A DNA stretch of 32,000 nucleotides, taken from Nitrosomonas europaea. Its GTDB lineage: Bacteria; Pseudomonadota; Gammaproteobacteria; Burkholderiales; Nitrosomonadaceae. The notes beneath the pieces were generated by a model. That model was not told the DNA's origin, ran no database searches, and saw only the letters and a program-made list of their open reading frames with translations. The stretch spans positions 30,001-62,000 of the forward strand of contig NZ_FUWK01000010.1 of assembly GCF_900167395.1 (NCBI RefSeq), in the 5' to 3' direction. The position numbers were made by a program, and so were the translations under genes. Each line of letters begins with the position of its first letter. The first letter of the stretch is position 1. Positions 29,157 to 32,000 of the stretch are shown here, one piece after another.

Positions 29157-30278
29157 ATGATGAATCTCAGTGAACTGGCTCCGGACTATATCCGGGCAAT
29201 TCAGCCCTATCAGCCCGGTAAACCAATCTCAGAATTGGTTAGAGACCTGGGGCTGAATAAAGATGAAGTAGTCAAACTGGCTTCCAATGAAAACCCGTTG
29301 GGTACCAGTCCCCTGGCAAAGGAAGCCATGATCCAGGCGCTCAACGAATCGGCCCGGTATCCGGATGGCAGTGGTTTCGAGCTCAAGGCAGCGTTGTCCG
29401 AACGGCTGGGCATGCCGGCCGACCAGATCGTGCTGGGCAATGGCTCCAACGATGTACTTGAACTTGCCACTCGCATTTTTCTGCACCCGGATTCAACCGC
29501 CATCTATTCCCAGTATGCCTTCGCCATCTATCCGCTGCTGGCCCAGGCTGTTGGTGCCAGAGGTATTGCCGTCCCCGCCCGTAATTATGGCCACGATCTC
29601 GAAGCCATGCTGGCTGCTGTTACGCCGGAAACCCGTATCATATTCATCGCCAATCCTAACAACCCTACCGGGACATTGTGTGACGCTAGGGATCTGCTGC
29701 GTTTTATGGAACGTGTTCCGCAGGATGTACTCGTGATACTGGATGAAGCCTATGACGAATATCTGCCGGAAGCAAACAAGGCAAACAGTATTGCGTGGTT
29801 GAAGAATTTCCAGAATCTGGTCATCACCCGTACTTTTTCCAAAGCTTATGGTCTTGCCAGTGTACGCGTTGGCTTTGCGCTGGCACATGCTGATATCGCC
29901 AATCTGATGAATCGTATTCGCCAGCCGTTCAATGTAAACAGTATCGGTCTGGCGGCTGCACAGGCAGCGCTCAAGGATGTTGAATTTGTCAAACTTGCCT
30001 ATATGACGAATCGTACGGGCATGCAGCAGATGACTCATGGCCTGGACCAGCTCGGTATCGAATATATTCCTTCCTTCGGTAATTTTGTCTGTTGCCATAT
30101 CGACGGGCATCCGGCTAATACGCTGAAAATCTACAGAAATCTGCTGCAGCAGGGGGTCATCGTGCGCCCGCTGGGTAATTACGACATGCTCAACCATTTG
30201 CGGGTAACCATTGGAATCGAAGAAGAAAACAAGCGGTTCCTGCAAGCGCTGGAACAGGCATTGAAAGAACTGGATTGA
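29157..30278 (+). CDS. hisC: Histidinol-phosphate / aromatic aminotransferase (class II, HisC family)
   Basis: [53 protein letters not shown] (PLP Lys). Its context between pheA and tyrA suggests the aromatic-pathway paralogue. Confidence 0.9.
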
Positions 30279-30300
30279 GCAGCAACACAAATACCTGATC

Positions 30301-31203
30301 ATGGCTTTTCCCGCCATTTCAAAACTAGTCGTTGTCGGTGTAGGGTTGATCGGTGGTTCATTTGCGCTGGCACTGCGCCGGGCTGGCCTGGTGGATCGTG
30401 TCGTCGGCATGGGTCGCAGTCCTGAAAACATGCAGCGTGCCCTTGAGCTGGGCATTATCGATGAACAAACGAGCGACTTTGCCGCAGCATTGTCCGGCGC
30501 AGATTTCGTATTGCTCGCGATTCCCGTAAAACAGACGGCCGGTGTCATGCAGCAGATGGCGCCTCATCTGAAAGCCCATACCATCATTTCTGATGTTGGC
30601 AGCACCAAACAGAACGTAGTCCATGCTGCCCGTGCCAATCTGGGTAAGCGGATTGAACGTTTCATCCCTGCACATCCCATTGCGGGTACTGAATTCAACG
30701 GTGCAGAAGCCGCCTTTCCTGACCTGTTTCAGGATAAACCCGTGATTCTGACGCCGTTGCAGGAGAATGATCAGCAGATCGTCGATCGTGTTGCTGACCT
30801 TTGGCAACACTGCGGTGCCAGTGTTTCATCCATGCTGCCGGAGCAGCATGATCAGCTACTCGCTGCAATCAGTCACCTGCCGCACATGCTGGCATTCTCA
30901 CTGATGCAGCATATTCGTACCCTGAGCCATACCTTAAGCGAGGGAGATCCGCTGGCGCTTCTTCGCTTCGCCGGCAGTAGCCTGAATGATATGACCCGCA
31001 TTACCGCCAGTTCCCCGGAAATGTGGCGTGATATCTGTCTTGAAAATCGTGCTGCATTGCTGGCACAGATTGAAGCCTATCAGCAGGAACTCTCCGGATT
31101 GCAGCAAATGCTGGCCGATCATGATGGTGAATCGCTGGAAAAATTGTTTGCAGAAGCACGTGCCATCCGGCAGGCCTGGTCAGCCTTCAGAAACCAATCC
31201 TGA
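30301..31203 (+). CDS. tyrA: Prephenate (or arogenate) dehydrogenase
   Basis: Rossmann motif VVVGVGLIGGSFALALR. DVGSTK, AHPIAGTE, ISHLPHMLAFSL, and SSPEMWRDIC are typical TyrA motifs. Confidence 0.88.
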   Translation: MAFPAISKLVVVGVGLIGGSFALALRRAGLVDRVVGMGRSPENMQRALELGIIDEQTSDFAAALSGADFVLLAIPVKQTAGVMQQMAPHLKAHTIISDVGSTKQNVVHAARANLGKRIERFIPAHPIAGTEFNGAEAAFPDLFQDKPVILTPLQENDQQIVDRVADLWQHCGASVSSMLPEQHDQLLAAISHLPHMLAFSLMQHIRTLSHTLSEGDPLALLRFAGSSLNDMTRITASSPEMWRDICLENRAALLAQIEAYQQELSGLQQMLADHDGESLEKLFAEARAIRQAWSAFRNQS

Positions 31204-31240
31204 TTACCCGGTTGAATTCGTACCGGCTCCTGACAAAAAT

Positions 31241-32000
31241 CTAACCGGTTTTAGGTCTCTTTTTGGCACGAGGATGGGCCTGATCGTAAATCTTGGCCAG
31301 ATGCTGAAAATCCAGATGGGTGTACACCTGCGTACTGCGAATGCTGCTGTGGCCAAGCATTTCCTGAACTGCGCGCAAATCGCCACTTGATTGCAGCAGA
31401 TGGGAAGCGAATGAATGGCGAAGAGCATGCGGGTGTACCCGGTCATCAAGATTCTGCAGCCGGGCACGCTGATGCAGGCGGACAGCGATGGTGCGCGGGT
31501 GGATACGCTGGCCGTGCCGTGATAGAAACAAGGCAGTTTCGCCGGATGTCAGCCATGCGCTGCGCAGTGGCAACCAGGCTTGCAATGCACGCAGTGCGGG
31601 TTCTCCCACCGGTACGATGCGGGTTTTGCTGCCTTTACCCGTAACACGTACGATACCTTCGCTGAAATCGATATCGGTTGGCTGTAATCGGGTCAGCTCG
31701 GCCAGCCGTAATCCGGAGGAGTAAAACAGCTCGAACATGGCCAGATCGCGTGTCGCCAGTGCATCAGCGGGATCAAAAGCCAGCAGTTGTGCGGCTTCAT
31801 CCGGTGAAAGCGCATGCGGCAGCTTCCGTGGCGATTTGGGGACGCGTATATCCTGGCAGGGATTTTCGGTATGGTGATGATGGCGCATCAGATAACGATA
31901 AAACCCACGCCAGGCGGATAACATGCGCGCCAGGCTTCTGCCGGAAAGACCGCCATGATGCAAGTGCGCGATGAAATGGCGGATATCGTGCGAATGCAAG
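31241..32000 (-). CDS. xerC: Tyrosine recombinase XerC, N-terminus beyond the window edge
   Basis: RDLAMFELFYSSGLRLAEL, TGKGSKTRIVPVG, HPHALRHSFASHLL, LGHSSIRSTQVYTHLDFQHLAKIYDQAHPRAKK. The C-terminal HLDFQHLA..YD.AHPRAK tail is XerC-like rather than XerD-like. The apparent start at 31999 is a TTG created by truncation. Confidence 0.88.
   Translation of the reverse strand, partial: LHSHDIRHFIAHLHHGGLSGRSLARMLSAWRGFYRYLMRHHHHTENPCQDIRVPKSPRKLPHALSPDEAAQLLAFDPADALATRDLAMFELFYSSGLRLAELTRLQPTDIDFSEGIVRVTGKGSKTRIVPVGEPALRALQAWLPLRSAWLTSGETALFLSRHGQRIHPRTIAVRLHQRARLQNLDDRVHPHALRHSFASHLLQSSGDLRAVQEMLGHSSIRSTQVYTHLDFQHLAKIYDQAHPRAKKRPKTG

Noticed and set aside
29493-30548. 351-aa ORF on the minus strand
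   Set aside because: It lies entirely antisense to the well-supported hisC and tyrA genes. Its translation is low-complexity and Arg/Ser/Thr/Pro-rich with no motifs. This is the typical shadow ORF opposite a real gene.
31241-32000. Tyrosine recombinase as a mobile-element integrase
   Set aside because: The C-terminal sequence (LGHSSIRSTQVYTHLDFQHLAKIYDQAHPRAKK) closely follows housekeeping XerC, and no cargo genes are adjacent. I therefore treat it as the chromosome-dimer resolvase.

Overview
This window looks like a chromosomal segment from a betaproteobacterial chemolithoautotroph. Gene content, gene order and roughly 50% GC fit a Nitrosomonas-like ammonia oxidiser. That placement is inference from memory and was not checked by any search.

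About 22 kb (9.7-32 kb) is ordinary, tightly packed core genome:
- yggX and ppk.
- A minus-strand carbon-metabolism cluster, tkt-gap-pgk-pyk-fba.
- tRNA-Ser(UGA).
- A compact hopanoid module: hpnH, a family-2 glycosyltransferase and an hpnM-like gene.
- gyrA, followed by a serC / serA-like / pheA / hisC / tyrA amino-acid supraoperon, ending against a convergent, window-truncated xerC.

The first ~9.6 kb is the accessory-looking part:
- A 5'-truncated multi-cupredoxin (multicopper-oxidase-like) protein with no canonical HxH/HCH copper motifs in the visible residues.
- An ARMT1-like DUF89 phosphatase downstream of a stand-alone SARP/BTAD regulator.
- A 753-bp AT-rich, ORF-poor spacer.
- An orphan Mu-type-HTH / S24 repressor whose catalytic-serine position reads glycine.
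- A putative lipoprotein plus a GNAT acetyltransferase.
- A TonB-dependent siderophore receptor followed by a short remnant of a PepSY-TM gene.

I found no CRISPR array, IS element, rRNA gene or recognisable defence or toxin system. The most interesting items are single-gene oddities and one unexplained non-coding block, not a clearly delimited new multi-gene system. All family calls come from motif recognition by eye. No HMM or BLAST evidence was available.
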